Below, piece by piece: positions 56,270-64,000 of a DNA stretch of 64,000 bases (within the stretch, counting starts at the first letter, position 1; every line of letters begins with the position of its first letter). The stretch spans positions 18 through 64,017 of the forward strand of contig CAMOGS010000048.1 in assembly GCA_946614255.1 (NCBI GenBank), in the 5' to 3' direction. The translations under genes were made by a program, and so were the position numbers. The notes beneath the pieces were generated by a model. The model made no database searches. It worked only from the letters and a program-made list of their open reading frames with translations, and was not told the DNA's origin. This DNA is from an uncultured Bacillota bacterium (lineage in GTDB: Bacteria; Bacillota; Clostridia; Peptostreptococcales; Anaerovoracaceae).

Positions 56270-56340
56270 TTTCGTGCTTGGCTAGCGTGATAGTTTCGTG
56301 CTTGGCAGGCGTGATAGTTTCGTGTTTGGCTAGCGTTGTA
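56270..56340. repeat. 24-bp tandem repeat x3 (TTTCGTGCTTGGCTAGCGTGATAG)
   Basis: Copies at 56270-56293, 56294-56317 and 56318-56340 (the third is diverged). The array starts at the first base after the stop codon. Confidence 0.9.
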
Positions 56341-56354
56341 AATGTCAATATAAA

Positions 56355-56391
56355 AATGTCGTAAGCTACAAAGGCGTACGACATTTTTTTA
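56355..56391 (+). terminator. Intrinsic terminator
   Basis: AATGTCGTA-13 nt-TACGACATT followed by a T7 run. Confidence 0.7.
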
Positions 56392-56485
56392 TTTGGATGT
56401 AATGACGATTCATACAACTTCTACTATAGTTTTACAAATTCCATGATTGTTTTTTTGAAAATTTTATGGCATTTTATTATATTTA

Positions 56486-56494
56486 TGGTATAAT
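56486..56494 (+). promoter_or_regulatory. Extended -10 promoter element (TGgTATAAT)
   Basis: TGGTATAAT lies 68 nt upstream of the 56562 ATG in an AT-rich region. Confidence 0.4.
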
Positions 56495-56561
56495 CTGGTT
56501 ATGATTTCTTATATTCCTATTGGCAGCAGTGCATATATCATATATGTCTTAGGGGGGTAAA

Positions 56562-57359
56562 ATGGACGAATTAGGCAGGCTTATCAAAAAAAGGATTAAT
56601 TTACTGGCAAAGGCTATTAATGTGGCCGAGAGCGAAAAAGACGGCTTTCCGGAGGGTAGGCTGCGGCTCTCGGGTTCATCGGACTACCGGCAGTACTACA
56701 ATGTCATTCCCGGCAGTTCTAAAAGCGGAGAATATATCAAATCCGAGAACAAAAATGTTGCAGCCCTTTTGGCACAAAAAGATTATAACAGGCATTTTCT
56801 CAGGTTCGCGCAAAAAGAGCTTGCTGCACTTGAAAAGCTGGAAGGACTGCTGATACCGTGCAAAACCGATTCGGCATTCACCGAGCTTTGCAAGGATAGG
56901 AAAGGATTAATAAAACCATACATCGAACCGGATGAGGTGTATTTGGGAAGCTGGCTCAGCCAAAGCTTTCAAACAAACCGGTATCATGAAGAATACAAGG
57001 TCTATTCAACTAAGCGCGGTGAAAAAGTGCGGTCTAAATCAGAGGCAATTATTGCCAATATCATCTATGATTTGAAGATTCCATATCACTATGAAAAACC
57101 TCTTAAGCTTAAAGACGGTATGATAGCTTATCCGGATTTCACCCTGCTGGATTTGGGGCGTCGTAAGGAAAAATATTGGGAACATTTTGGGCTCATAACC
57201 CAAAAAGACTATCTCGAAAATGCTCTCAACAAGCTTGATTATTACGGCCGCAGCGATATCTACACCGGTGACAATCTGATAATTACTTTCGAAACGGAAG
57301 AGCACCCTTTGAACGCTGACACTATCACAAGTATGCTACGCAAGTTGTTTCTGTGTTGA
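56562..57359 (+). CDS. Hypothetical protein, helical N-terminal half plus possible PD-(D/E)xK (restriction-endonuclease-fold) C-terminal half
   Basis: AGGGGGG SD, 265 aa. Candidate nuclease-core residues are SKSEAIIANI, IAYPDFTLL and KYWEHFG. The fold assignment is by eye only. Confidence 0.55.
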   Translation: MDELGRLIKKRINLLAKAINVAESEKDGFPEGRLRLSGSSDYRQYYNVIPGSSKSGEYIKSENKNVAALLAQKDYNRHFLRFAQKELAALEKLEGLLIPCKTDSAFTELCKDRKGLIKPYIEPDEVYLGSWLSQSFQTNRYHEEYKVYSTKRGEKVRSKSEAIIANIIYDLKIPYHYEKPLKLKDGMIAYPDFTLLDLGRRKEKYWEHFGLITQKDYLENALNKLDYYGRSDIYTGDNLIITFETEEHPLNADTITSMLRKLFLC

Positions 57360-57391
57360 CTACTTTAAGGACCTGACCGTGGAAATGGAGT

Positions 57392-57596
57392 TTTCATCCT
57401 AAAGCACATTATTTTGTTTTTGAGCTGAAAAATTTTTGAGATTTTTCATCCCATTTTAGCATTTTTCGGTTTTAGGCTGAAATTTTTCTTCTTGAGAAGC
57501 TTGGATTTCATCTTAAAATCGCATTTTCCCTCTATAGGATGAAAAAACATATTGTTACTTCATCCTAAAGTCGCTTTTCTATATTATGGGATGAAA
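57392..57596. repeat. Array of six GGATGAA(A) motifs (four on minus, two on plus strand) in non-coding DNA
   Basis: TTTCATCC at 57392, 57444 and 57558 (CTTCATCC), plus TTTCATCT at 57506. GGATGAAA at 57537 and 57589. The four minus-strand copies share the extended context GC(G/T)nnTTTA(G/A)GATGAA. Confidence 0.8.
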
Positions 57597-57676
57597 TTTG
57601 CGTATACGCAGCAAGCTGCACCGGGCGGTTAGCCGTCCACGGCGCAGGTAATCAGCGTGGCGCCAAAAGACAACAA

Positions 57677-57704
57677 AAAGAGCTTTCCCGTAGGAAAGCT
57701 CTTT
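57677..57704. terminator. Terminator after rpoZ (usable from both convergent directions)
   Basis: 12-bp stem AAAGAGCTTTCC-CGTA-GGAAAGCTCTTT, with a T-rich tail on the minus strand. Confidence 0.7.
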
Positions 57705-57724
57705 GGACTCTTTTCATGCTGCTT

Positions 57725-57919
57725 TTACTCTTCTCTCTTGTATGTGATGAGATCCTCTGCGATCTCGTTTGCAGCGATGGAAACCGGACGCTCTATGTCA
57801 ACCTCTGTGAGCTTTGGTTTTCCTTCGATTATGTCGCGAGCACGCTTTGCTGCGAGAATTACGAGAGTGTATCTGCTGTCAGCCTTTTTTCTGATTTCGT
57901 TGATTGATGGATAAAGCAT
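57725..57919 (-). CDS. rpoZ: RNA polymerase omega subunit
   Basis: 64 aa, SRYTLVILAAKRARDI. AGGAGG SD inside the end of gmk. Confidence 0.92.
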   Translation of the reverse strand: MLYPSINEIRKKADSRYTLVILAAKRARDIIEGKPKLTEVDIERPVSIAANEIAEDLITYKREE

Positions 57920-58528
57920 CTATATTTCCTCCTTGTATGTATCAATAAGATTGTATATTTCTTCCGTAACTCTGGAGTGCTCAGCGACGAGGATTGCTTT
58001 AGCCCTCGCAATTGCCTCCTCGAGCTCTCCGTTTACGATACAATAGTCATATTTGTCGATATAAGAGATTTCCTCCATCGCTTTGCCCAGACGCTTTTTA
58101 AGCGATTCCGGCGTCTCCGTGCCGCGCCCCGTGATGCGCTTACGAAGTTCTGCCATACTCGGTGGCAGGATGAAAATGAATACGCCTTTAGGATAAGACT
58201 TTTTGACGTTGATTGCGCCCTGGATGTCTATGTCGAGCAGCACATCCTGGCCGGCGTTCAGCTTTTCGAGTATCGGTGCCTTTGGTGTGCCGTAGCGGTT
58301 TCCGAAATTACCGGCGTATTCGAGAAAGCCGTCTTCCGCTATGGTCTTGTCGAACTCTTCATCGCTTACGAAGTAGTAGCTCTTGCCCTCGACTTCGCCG
58401 GGTCTCGGTGCGCGCGTAGTCATTGAAACCGAAAATGTGATGTCCATATCTTCGAGCAGACGCTGCGCAATCGTGCCCTTTCCGACGCCCGAAGGGCCGG
58501 AAATGATGAAAAGTTGTCCTTTTGCCAT
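57920..58528 (-). CDS. gmk: Guanylate kinase
   Basis: GPSGVGKGT P-loop, TTRAPRPGEVEGKSYYF. Confidence 0.96.
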   Translation of the reverse strand: MAKGQLFIISGPSGVGKGTIAQRLLEDMDITFSVSMTTRAPRPGEVEGKSYYFVSDEEFDKTIAEDGFLEYAGNFGNRYGTPKAPILEKLNAGQDVLLDIDIQGAINVKKSYPKGVFIFILPPSMAELRKRITGRGTETPESLKKRLGKAMEEISYIDKYDYCIVNGELEEAIARAKAILVAEHSRVTEEIYNLIDTYKEEI

Positions 58529-58599
58529 AACATTAATCTCCTCTTGTACAATGCTTCATTTTAGCACATATTCGGGCCGTTTTCAAGATTTTTATTTTA

Positions 58600-58733
58600 G
58601 ACCTGTCCCCAAATTCCCCAAAAGGCTAATTTAGGGACGTGCCCCAAATTGGAAAAAAGGCGAATTTGGTGCCTGTCCCCAAACTTCCAAAAAGGCGAAT
58701 TTGGTGCCTGTCCCCAAATTCGCCTCAGATTAG
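58600..58733. repeat. Dispersed modular repeat, locus 7 (composite C-B-A-A, the reverse complement of locus 3 architecture)
   Basis: GACCTGTCCCC...TAGGGACGTGCCCC...GGTGCCTGTCCCC...GGTGCCTGTCCCCAAATTCGCCTCAGATTAG. The terminal TTA (58730-58732) is the stop codon of the upstream gene. Confidence 0.92.
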
Positions 58734-59317
58734 CGTTTGGATTTGCGGCGGCGGGTGGATTTCTTCATTACGGAGAAGCCGAAGCCTCCGACGCTGCGGC
58801 GGCGAAGCGGAATGTACTCGCCGTGGCAGTAAGCCACCAGCCCCGCTGCATCCAGAGCTATGCGCCCCTTGGAATCCACAATTTTCTCGTCCGCATGCAT
58901 GCCCACTATTTCTGCCACAAACATTGTATGCGTGCCGTAGTCGTGAGTCTCCACCACCTTGCACTCGAGGTTTAGCGGCGATTCTGCAATCATGGGGCAC
59001 TTCACCTTTTCCGCCTTTTCGGGTGTAAGCTTCATTTCCTTCCATTTGTCGACCTTTGCGCCGCTTTTGACGCCGCACCAGTCGCACGCGCGCGTAAGCT
59101 CCTCACTTACGAGGTTTATCACAAACTCGCCCGATTTCTTTATTATGTCATAGGAATGCCTCTCGGGGCGCACCGATATGTAAGTCATCGGCGGCTCGGA
59201 GTTCACGATTCCCGTCCACGCTATTGTAATTATATTTTTCTCTTTCCCCTCTCCGCAGGATACCATCACCACAGGAAGCGGCGATTCCACACAGCCGGGG
59301 CCAAACGATTTTTTCAT
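58730..59317 (-). CDS. Flavin reductase-like (FMN-binding split-barrel) protein
   Basis: 195 aa. PLPVVMVSC...NIITIAWTG...PPMTYISVRPERHSYDII. ATGA overlap with the rluD stop. Confidence 0.8.
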   Translation of the reverse strand: MKKSFGPGCVESPLPVVMVSCGEGKEKNIITIAWTGIVNSEPPMTYISVRPERHSYDIIKKSGEFVINLVSEELTRACDWCGVKSGAKVDKWKEMKLTPEKAEKVKCPMIAESPLNLECKVVETHDYGTHTMFVAEIVGMHADEKIVDSKGRIALDAAGLVAYCHGEYIPLRRRSVGGFGFSVMKKSTRRRKSKR

Positions 59318-60240
59318 AGCTTCCTCACTTTCTCAAGCACTTTTGTAAACTCTTCGGGCAGCACGCTGTCAAACTCCATGTACTCTCCTGTGCGCGGATG
59401 CACAAAGCCCAGCACCTTTGCGTGAAGCATCTGACCGTCGGCGCCCAGATTGTTCTTTGGCGGGCCGTACACAAAATCGCCCAGCAGCGGATGCTTGATG
59501 TAAGCCATGTGCACGCGAATCTGATGAGTCCGGCCGGTTTCAAGCTGTGCCTCAATATACGAAAATCTGCCGAGGCGTTCAAGCACTTTATAGTGCGTAA
59601 CCGCCCTTCTGCCGCCTTGAACCACTGCCATCCGAAGTCTGTTTTTCGGATCCCGTCCTATAGGCGCATCGACGGTTCCGGAATCATCCGCAAAGCTGTT
59701 GTAGACTATTGCACGGTATCTTCTGGTGATGCTGTGTTCTTCGAGCTGAGCAGCAAGCGATGCATGCGCTGCATCGTTTTTTGCTATAACCAGAAGTCCC
59801 GATGTGTCTTTATCTATGCGATGCACTATGCCGGGACGTATCACACCGTTTATGGTGGAAAGTCTCCCTGCACAGTGGTGCATAATTGCATTCACAAGCG
59901 TCCCGTCCGGATTTCCGGGTGCCGGGTGGACCACCATGCCTCGCGGCTTGTTCACCACGAGCACATCCTCGTCTTCGTAAACTATATCAAGTGGAATGTC
60001 CTGCGGCAGCACCTCGAGATTTTCAGGCTCCGGAATTGTAATGCTGATGCACTGGCCTGCTTTAACCTTTTCCTTTTTACTCCTGACCGTGCTGCCGTCA
60101 ATAGCTACATTTCCTTCATCAATCAGCTTTTGAATGAAGCTGCGCGAAATGTCGGCAATGCAAAAAGAGAGAACTACATCAAGTCTAGTTCCCTGCTTTT
60201 CTTCATCAATAGTAATCTGATAAGTATTTGACTCTGCCAT
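59314..60240 (-). CDS. rluD: 23S rRNA pseudouridine synthase RluD family
   Basis: S4 domain followed by HRIDKDTSGLLV and GRTHQIRVH. ATG at 60240 (MAESNTYQ). The track start is over-extended. Confidence 0.92.
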   Translation of the reverse strand: MAESNTYQITIDEEKQGTRLDVVLSFCIADISRSFIQKLIDEGNVAIDGSTVRSKKEKVKAGQCISITIPEPENLEVLPQDIPLDIVYEDEDVLVVNKPRGMVVHPAPGNPDGTLVNAIMHHCAGRLSTINGVIRPGIVHRIDKDTSGLLVIAKNDAAHASLAAQLEEHSITRRYRAIVYNSFADDSGTVDAPIGRDPKNRLRMAVVQGGRRAVTHYKVLERLGRFSYIEAQLETGRTHQIRVHMAYIKHPLLGDFVYGPPKNNLGADGQMLHAKVLGFVHPRTGEYMEFDSVLPEEFTKVLEKVRKL

Positions 60241-60241
60241 G

Positions 60242-60694
60242 CTACTCTTTTTTCTTTTTTTTAGGTTCAATAAATAACATATAAACAACCAGCATTGCGC
60301 AGCCCAGGCATATTACTATGTCAGCTATGTTGAATACCGGCCAAAAGCCGAAGTCAAACATGTCCACCACAAAGCCGCGAAGCACACGATCTATCAGGTT
60401 TCCGACCCCGCCTGCTATTATAAAAGCAAGTGAAACCAGGAGAAATCTGTCATAGGATTTTCCCTTTACGGCAAGGTAACCCAAAAGAGCTGCGAGCACA
60501 ATCCCCGTTACAAAGCTCAGGAGACCCGGATGTCCTTCCATAAACGAAAAGGCCGCTCCGGTATTTTGAACATATGTTATTCGGAAAAAATCACCCCATA
60601 CCTGAACAGATTGCCCTACCTCCATGGACGAATCCACAAAAGCTTTGACAATCTGATCGAGTACTATGATTATTACTATACAAATATACTGCAT
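60242..60694 (-). CDS. lspA: Lipoprotein signal peptidase II
   Basis: 150 aa, four TM segments, NTGAAFS and FNIADI motifs. Confidence 0.93.
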   Translation of the reverse strand: MQYICIVIIIVLDQIVKAFVDSSMEVGQSVQVWGDFFRITYVQNTGAAFSFMEGHPGLLSFVTGIVLAALLGYLAVKGKSYDRFLLVSLAFIIAGGVGNLIDRVLRGFVVDMFDFGFWPVFNIADIVICLGCAMLVVYMLFIEPKKKKKE

Positions 60695-60696
60695 TG

Positions 60697-61347
60697 CTAC
60701 CTAGCGTCCTCTTCCGTCTTTCGTATAGGCTTGAAGTTCACCATGGTCTTTGCCATATCGTCAGCAGGCTTTTCATCCTTTATAGGCTCCATGATGCGGG
60801 TCTTGAAATCATCAGTCGGAGTTGTTTTGAAAACCTGAGCGTTTTTGCCTGTCTCGGGACTTGCAATGTCCTTTAAATCATCCATGCCGTACTGGGTATA
60901 AATCTCTGATGACATGGTCTCGAATCTTTCAAGCTCTGATTCGAGCAGGCTCTTGTAACGAGTGCGGAACTCAGCAAAGCGTCTCTTTAAGTTTGCATTT
61001 TCTTCGGTCAGACGCTCTACATTTTCGCGCGCCTCTCTCTGAATCAGCTCCGCATCGAGTTCTGCGTTCTTTAGCAGGATTTCAGCTCTCTTTTCAGCGC
61101 TCGCCGAAATATCTCCCATCAGTCTCTTTGCTGCCTCGAGAGTTTCCAGGACAGTGTTTTCACTGCCGCGATATTTGTCAAGGTCAATGTTCTGAGCGGC
61201 AACCTGCTCTTTGAGCGCAGCATTTTCCGCAATCAGTTTTTCGTAGTCGACGGTGAGGAGATCGAGGAATTCGTCGACCTCATCCTCCTTATAACCACGT
61301 ACTCCCTTTGAAAACTCTTTGTTTTGTATATCAAGTGGTGTAATCAT
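60697..61347 (-). CDS. divIVA: Cell-division protein DivIVA
   Basis: MITPLDIQNKEFSKGVRGYKEDEVDEFLD followed by coiled coil. Confidence 0.93.
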   Translation of the reverse strand: MITPLDIQNKEFSKGVRGYKEDEVDEFLDLLTVDYEKLIAENAALKEQVAAQNIDLDKYRGSENTVLETLEAAKRLMGDISASAEKRAEILLKNAELDAELIQREARENVERLTEENANLKRRFAEFRTRYKSLLESELERFETMSSEIYTQYGMDDLKDIASPETGKNAQVFKTTPTDDFKTRIMEPIKDEKPADDMAKTMVNFKPIRKTEEDAR

Positions 61348-61350
61348 TGC

Positions 61351-61869
61351 TTACCTCCAGATGTTCTTGCCGCCCGAAAAATCAATTCCCTTGTGCTCAA
61401 CATTCGCTGCTATGTCAACACTTTCAGGTGCAAATACGAAAATGTAGTCCGCAATCTTTTGCACATTGCCGTTGAGCGCATATGTCGCCCCGCTAAGGAA
61501 GTCAAATATCTTTCTCGCTACACCCGGATCGAGGTTCACAAGATTGATGATGACAGGCTTTCTAGCCTTTAAGTTGTCCACGAGCTTCGGTGCTTCGTCA
61601 AAACTGGACGGCTCGATGACCACCAGCTTCATAGCAGTGGTAGCGCTGGAGACTCTGGTCTGGCCCGGCATAGGCGTAACCTTCTGGTCTCTGGAAGGCG
61701 CTGCTGCAGGCTTGCTCGGTGCCGACTGCTTTGCATAGGACGACTTTGGCTCGATTGTCTTTCTTTCGAGCTTTGCAGATGCTGCCTCTATTTCTTCTTC
61801 GGTAATATCGTCATCGTCTTCAATTTCTTCAAGTCCGATAAGATCCTTTACTTTGTCAAATAAGCCCAT
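61351..61869 (-). CDS. sepF: Cell-division protein SepF
   Basis: The C-terminal domain VVIEPSSFDEAPKLVDNLKARKPVIINL...DFLSGATYAL. Confidence 0.92.
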   Translation of the reverse strand: MGLFDKVKDLIGLEEIEDDDDITEEEIEAASAKLERKTIEPKSSYAKQSAPSKPAAAPSRDQKVTPMPGQTRVSSATTAMKLVVIEPSSFDEAPKLVDNLKARKPVIINLVNLDPGVARKIFDFLSGATYALNGNVQKIADYIFVFAPESVDIAANVEHKGIDFSGGKNIWR

Positions 61870-61880
61870 GTTTTCCTCCG

Positions 61881-62585
61881 TTATGCTTTCTTGCTGTAAT
61901 CTCTTGCTCCAAATATTGCCGTACCGACTCTGATGAAGTTGCTGCCCTCGGCAATTGCAACCTCGAAGTCGCCGGACATGCCCATCGAAAGGTATTTGAA
62001 GTCAAGGCGTTCATGATCTATTTTTGCAAACTCATCAAACTGTCCTCGCACCTCTCTGAAGTAAACTGCCGCATCCTGCGGATTTTCTTCAAAAGGTGCT
62101 ATGCACATGAGTCCTCTGATTCGAATATTAGGACAGTTTTCAAGTATCCCGCGAATCATGTCCTCGGTCTCGGCTGTCGTAATTCCGAATTTGCTTTCCT
62201 CCATTGCGGAATTAACCTGAATCAGTATGTCCATCGTGACATTGTGAGCTGCCGCTCTCTTTTGGATTTCCTCGGCAAGCTTCATCGAATCCACCGAATG
62301 AATCATAGTCACCTTGTCTATGATGTACTTTACCTTGTTCGTCTGAAGATGCCCTATCAAATGCCATCTGACAGGATTAACCTTGTCATATTTATCGACA
62401 ATCTCCTGAACCTTGTTCTCCCCGATATCAGTGATACCGGCTGCGATGGCCTCATTGATTTCCTCAGGTGTTCTGGTCTTTGTCACCGCGCAGAGAGTGA
62501 TTTCCTCTCCGTCGCTTCTGCCTGCGGCCTTTGCTGCCGAAAGCTTTCTCGCATTGATTTCATCAATATTGCTCTTTATAGACAT
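61881..62585 (-). CDS. yggS: YggS/YlmE-family PLP-binding protein
   Basis: LCAVTKTR (PLP lysine), GENKVQE, HLIGHLQTNKV. The ATG at 62585 follows AAGAGG. Confidence 0.9.
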   Translation of the reverse strand: MSIKSNIDEINARKLSAAKAAGRSDGEEITLCAVTKTRTPEEINEAIAAGITDIGENKVQEIVDKYDKVNPVRWHLIGHLQTNKVKYIIDKVTMIHSVDSMKLAEEIQKRAAAHNVTMDILIQVNSAMEESKFGITTAETEDMIRGILENCPNIRIRGLMCIAPFEENPQDAAVYFREVRGQFDEFAKIDHERLDFKYLSMGMSGDFEVAIAEGSNFIRVGTAIFGARDYSKKA

Positions 62586-62601
62586 ATTTGCCTCTTTTCT
62601 G

Positions 62602-63570
62602 TCAGAGTGGCTTTCGCAGGATTTCATCATAGATATCTATGGTCCCCACGGTTTTGCCCTCCGAATCGGTATAAGTACCGGAATATGCCACGGAATTTGT
62701 TCCGTCGCTTGTTATTATTTTTATAGGTGTAAAGTTATATTCACCTTTTTTATCTTTAATATAAACCCCCGTCTGCTCATCAACTGTTGTGATGCATTCG
62801 TTTGGGATTATTACGCCCGAATAATCGGAAGCTATTATGGTTGCATCTGCTGAGCGAACCGTTGAAAAGCCATCATAGTAACGGTTTGTTTCCAAAATCA
62901 GCTGCCACTCATCGCCCTCGTCCTCGAGAGCCGTAACCGTTGCGGGAATCGTGCCGTCAGGAAGCGCTACCTGAACGCGGTTTCCCACCTCGTATTTATA
63001 TGTATCTCCCGGCAGTATCCATGTCGTGATATACCATTTTGTGTAGTCGCAAAGCTTGAAAAGCGGCTCCCCGCGGTTTGCCGTTTCCCTGGTCAGATTT
63101 ACAGGCTCGTCGCTCACCTTTTTCATATCGCCAAAGCTGAGCGCCAAAAGATTTTCCGGCGCAAACATAGGCTCATACCCGTCGGCGAAAAAGCTGATGC
63201 TGCCGTTTGCCGGCATTGCATAGTCAAGTGATGATACAGCTGCACCTGAAAGGCTCTTTGTAACAGCGGAGATATCCTTGCTCGGCTCTGCAGCTGTGCC
63301 CTGGGAAACAGAAAGAACCTTTGCACCCTTTCTGATCTGTGTGTCCTGACTGACATAGTAGTTCAAGCTGCCGCTCTGCCCTGCGGCGTAAACCGTCTCG
63401 TAGCGGCTGAAATAAACCGTTACTTCGTCGGTAGTCTGCAGCGATCCGTACTCTACAATCACAGTCGGCGTGAGTGCGCCCGTAACCTTTGGAACTGCGT
63501 AAATCGCAATGCTCAGCCCCGCAAGAATCAGTATGTATAAAATTATGATAGCTTTTTTATTCTTTTTCAT
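62602..63570 (-). CDS. Membrane-anchored HlyD-like (barrel-sandwich) protein of the division cluster
   Basis: 322 aa with an N-terminal TM segment. Beta-rich. Located between trmD and yggS. Confidence 0.55.
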   Translation of the reverse strand: MKKNKKAIIILYILILAGLSIAIYAVPKVTGALTPTVIVEYGSLQTTDEVTVYFSRYETVYAAGQSGSLNYYVSQDTQIRKGAKVLSVSQGTAAEPSKDISAVTKSLSGAAVSSLDYAMPANGSISFFADGYEPMFAPENLLALSFGDMKKVSDEPVNLTRETANRGEPLFKLCDYTKWYITTWILPGDTYKYEVGNRVQVALPDGTIPATVTALEDEGDEWQLILETNRYYDGFSTVRSADATIIASDYSGVIIPNECITTVDEQTGVYIKDKKGEYNFTPIKIITSDGTNSVAYSGTYTDSEGKTVGTIDIYDEILRKPL

Positions 63571-64000
63571 CTTTTATGCCGCTCGCACACACTTTCATTT
63601 TATCACTGTTTAAATATCTTTCCAATATTTTTTTATGGTCTTTGTCCGGCACAGCGGTATTTTGGACGTACTCTTCAAACAGGTCCGGTCTGCGCTCCTT
63701 TGTAAGCGCCAGCGACTGCTCGTATTTCCAAAGCTCGATAAGCTTGTGGTTTCCGCCTGTCAGCACCTCCGGCACCTCCATGCCTTCGAAGTCACGGGGC
63801 CTGGTGTACTGATCCGCTTCAAGAAGTCCCGAGTACACCGATTCATCTTCAGCAGACTCCTCGTTCCCAAGCACTCCCGGGATGAATCTCGAAACTGCGT
63901 CTATCAGGACCATAGCCGGGAGTTCTCCTCCGGTGAGCACGTAATCACCTATCGAGACCTCCCTCATATTCCAGTAGTCCAGTATCCTCTGATCGACTCC
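63557..64000 (-). CDS. trmD: tRNA (guanine37-N1)-methyltransferase, C-terminal part (partial, 5-prime end outside window)
   Basis: The frame is open to the right edge. ...[44 protein letters not shown] is the TrmD SAM-binding knot region. Confidence 0.9.
   Translation of the reverse strand, partial: GVDQRILDYWNMREVSIGDYVLTGGELPAMVLIDAVSRFIPGVLGNEESAEDESVYSGLLEADQYTRPRDFEGMEVPEVLTGGNHKLIELWKYEQSLALTKERRPDLFEEYVQNTAVPDKDHKKILERYLNSDKMKVCASGIKDEKE

Noticed and set aside
57360-57650. Tn7-like transposon end (multiple TnsB-type sites) next to a TnsA-like nuclease
   Set aside because: There are no tnsB/C/D-like genes and no second end within the window. The nuclease assignment is itself weak. The array is kept only as an unexplained finding.

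Overview
This window comes from a Gram-positive chromosome (Bacillota, probably Clostridia-like, judging by a PolC-type replicase, an SLH-anchored surface protein and Firmicute operon order). It holds about 50 genes, nearly all on the minus strand.

The backbone is four conserved housekeeping strings:
- rimP-nusA-ylxR/L7Ae-infB-rbfA-nrnA-truB-ribF-rpsO-pnp (2.5-14.0 kb)
- pyrH-frr-uppS-cdsA-dxr-rseP-ispG-polC (32.2-42.5 kb)
- rpsB-tsf (50.2-52.1 kb)
- trmD-(HlyD-like)-yggS-sepF-divIVA-lspA-rluD-flavin reductase-gmk-rpoZ (57.7-64 kb)

Accessory DNA interrupts them at four places:
- (i) An 18-kb block between polC and rimP carries three giant paralogous secreted FecR-domain repeat proteins (1035, 2526 and 1402 aa), an NHL/SLH wall protein and a brnT/brnA-like toxin-antitoxin cassette.
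- (ii) About 7.5 kb between tsf and pyrH carries a nitrilase, a GNAT, an aminotransferase, a MerR+XRE+cupin regulator, HtrA and an MFS-GNAT fusion.
- (iii) A Zn-ribbon micro-ORF sits next to an orphan LytTR gene.
- (iv) Between yicC and rpoZ lie a small membrane protein, an orphan nuclease-fold-like gene and two unexplained repeat arrays.

The strongest signals not explained by gene calls are:
- (1) A dispersed, modular ~35-bp intergenic repeat family (core GGGGACAGGCACC) has about 20 units at 7 loci. It shows flipped-core isomers that make perfect 18-bp hairpins, and its ends are fused to start and stop codons.
- (2) The PolC lacks the 3-prime-5-prime exonuclease insert, yet all PHP metal-ligand positions are intact.
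- (3) The giant-protein island shows near-identical DNA patches between paralogs.
- (4) The TA cassette is bracketed by a duplicated terminator.
- (5) YlxR(RnpM) and L7Ae are fused into one polypeptide.

All functional calls were made by eye from motifs and synteny. No database search or folding program was available.
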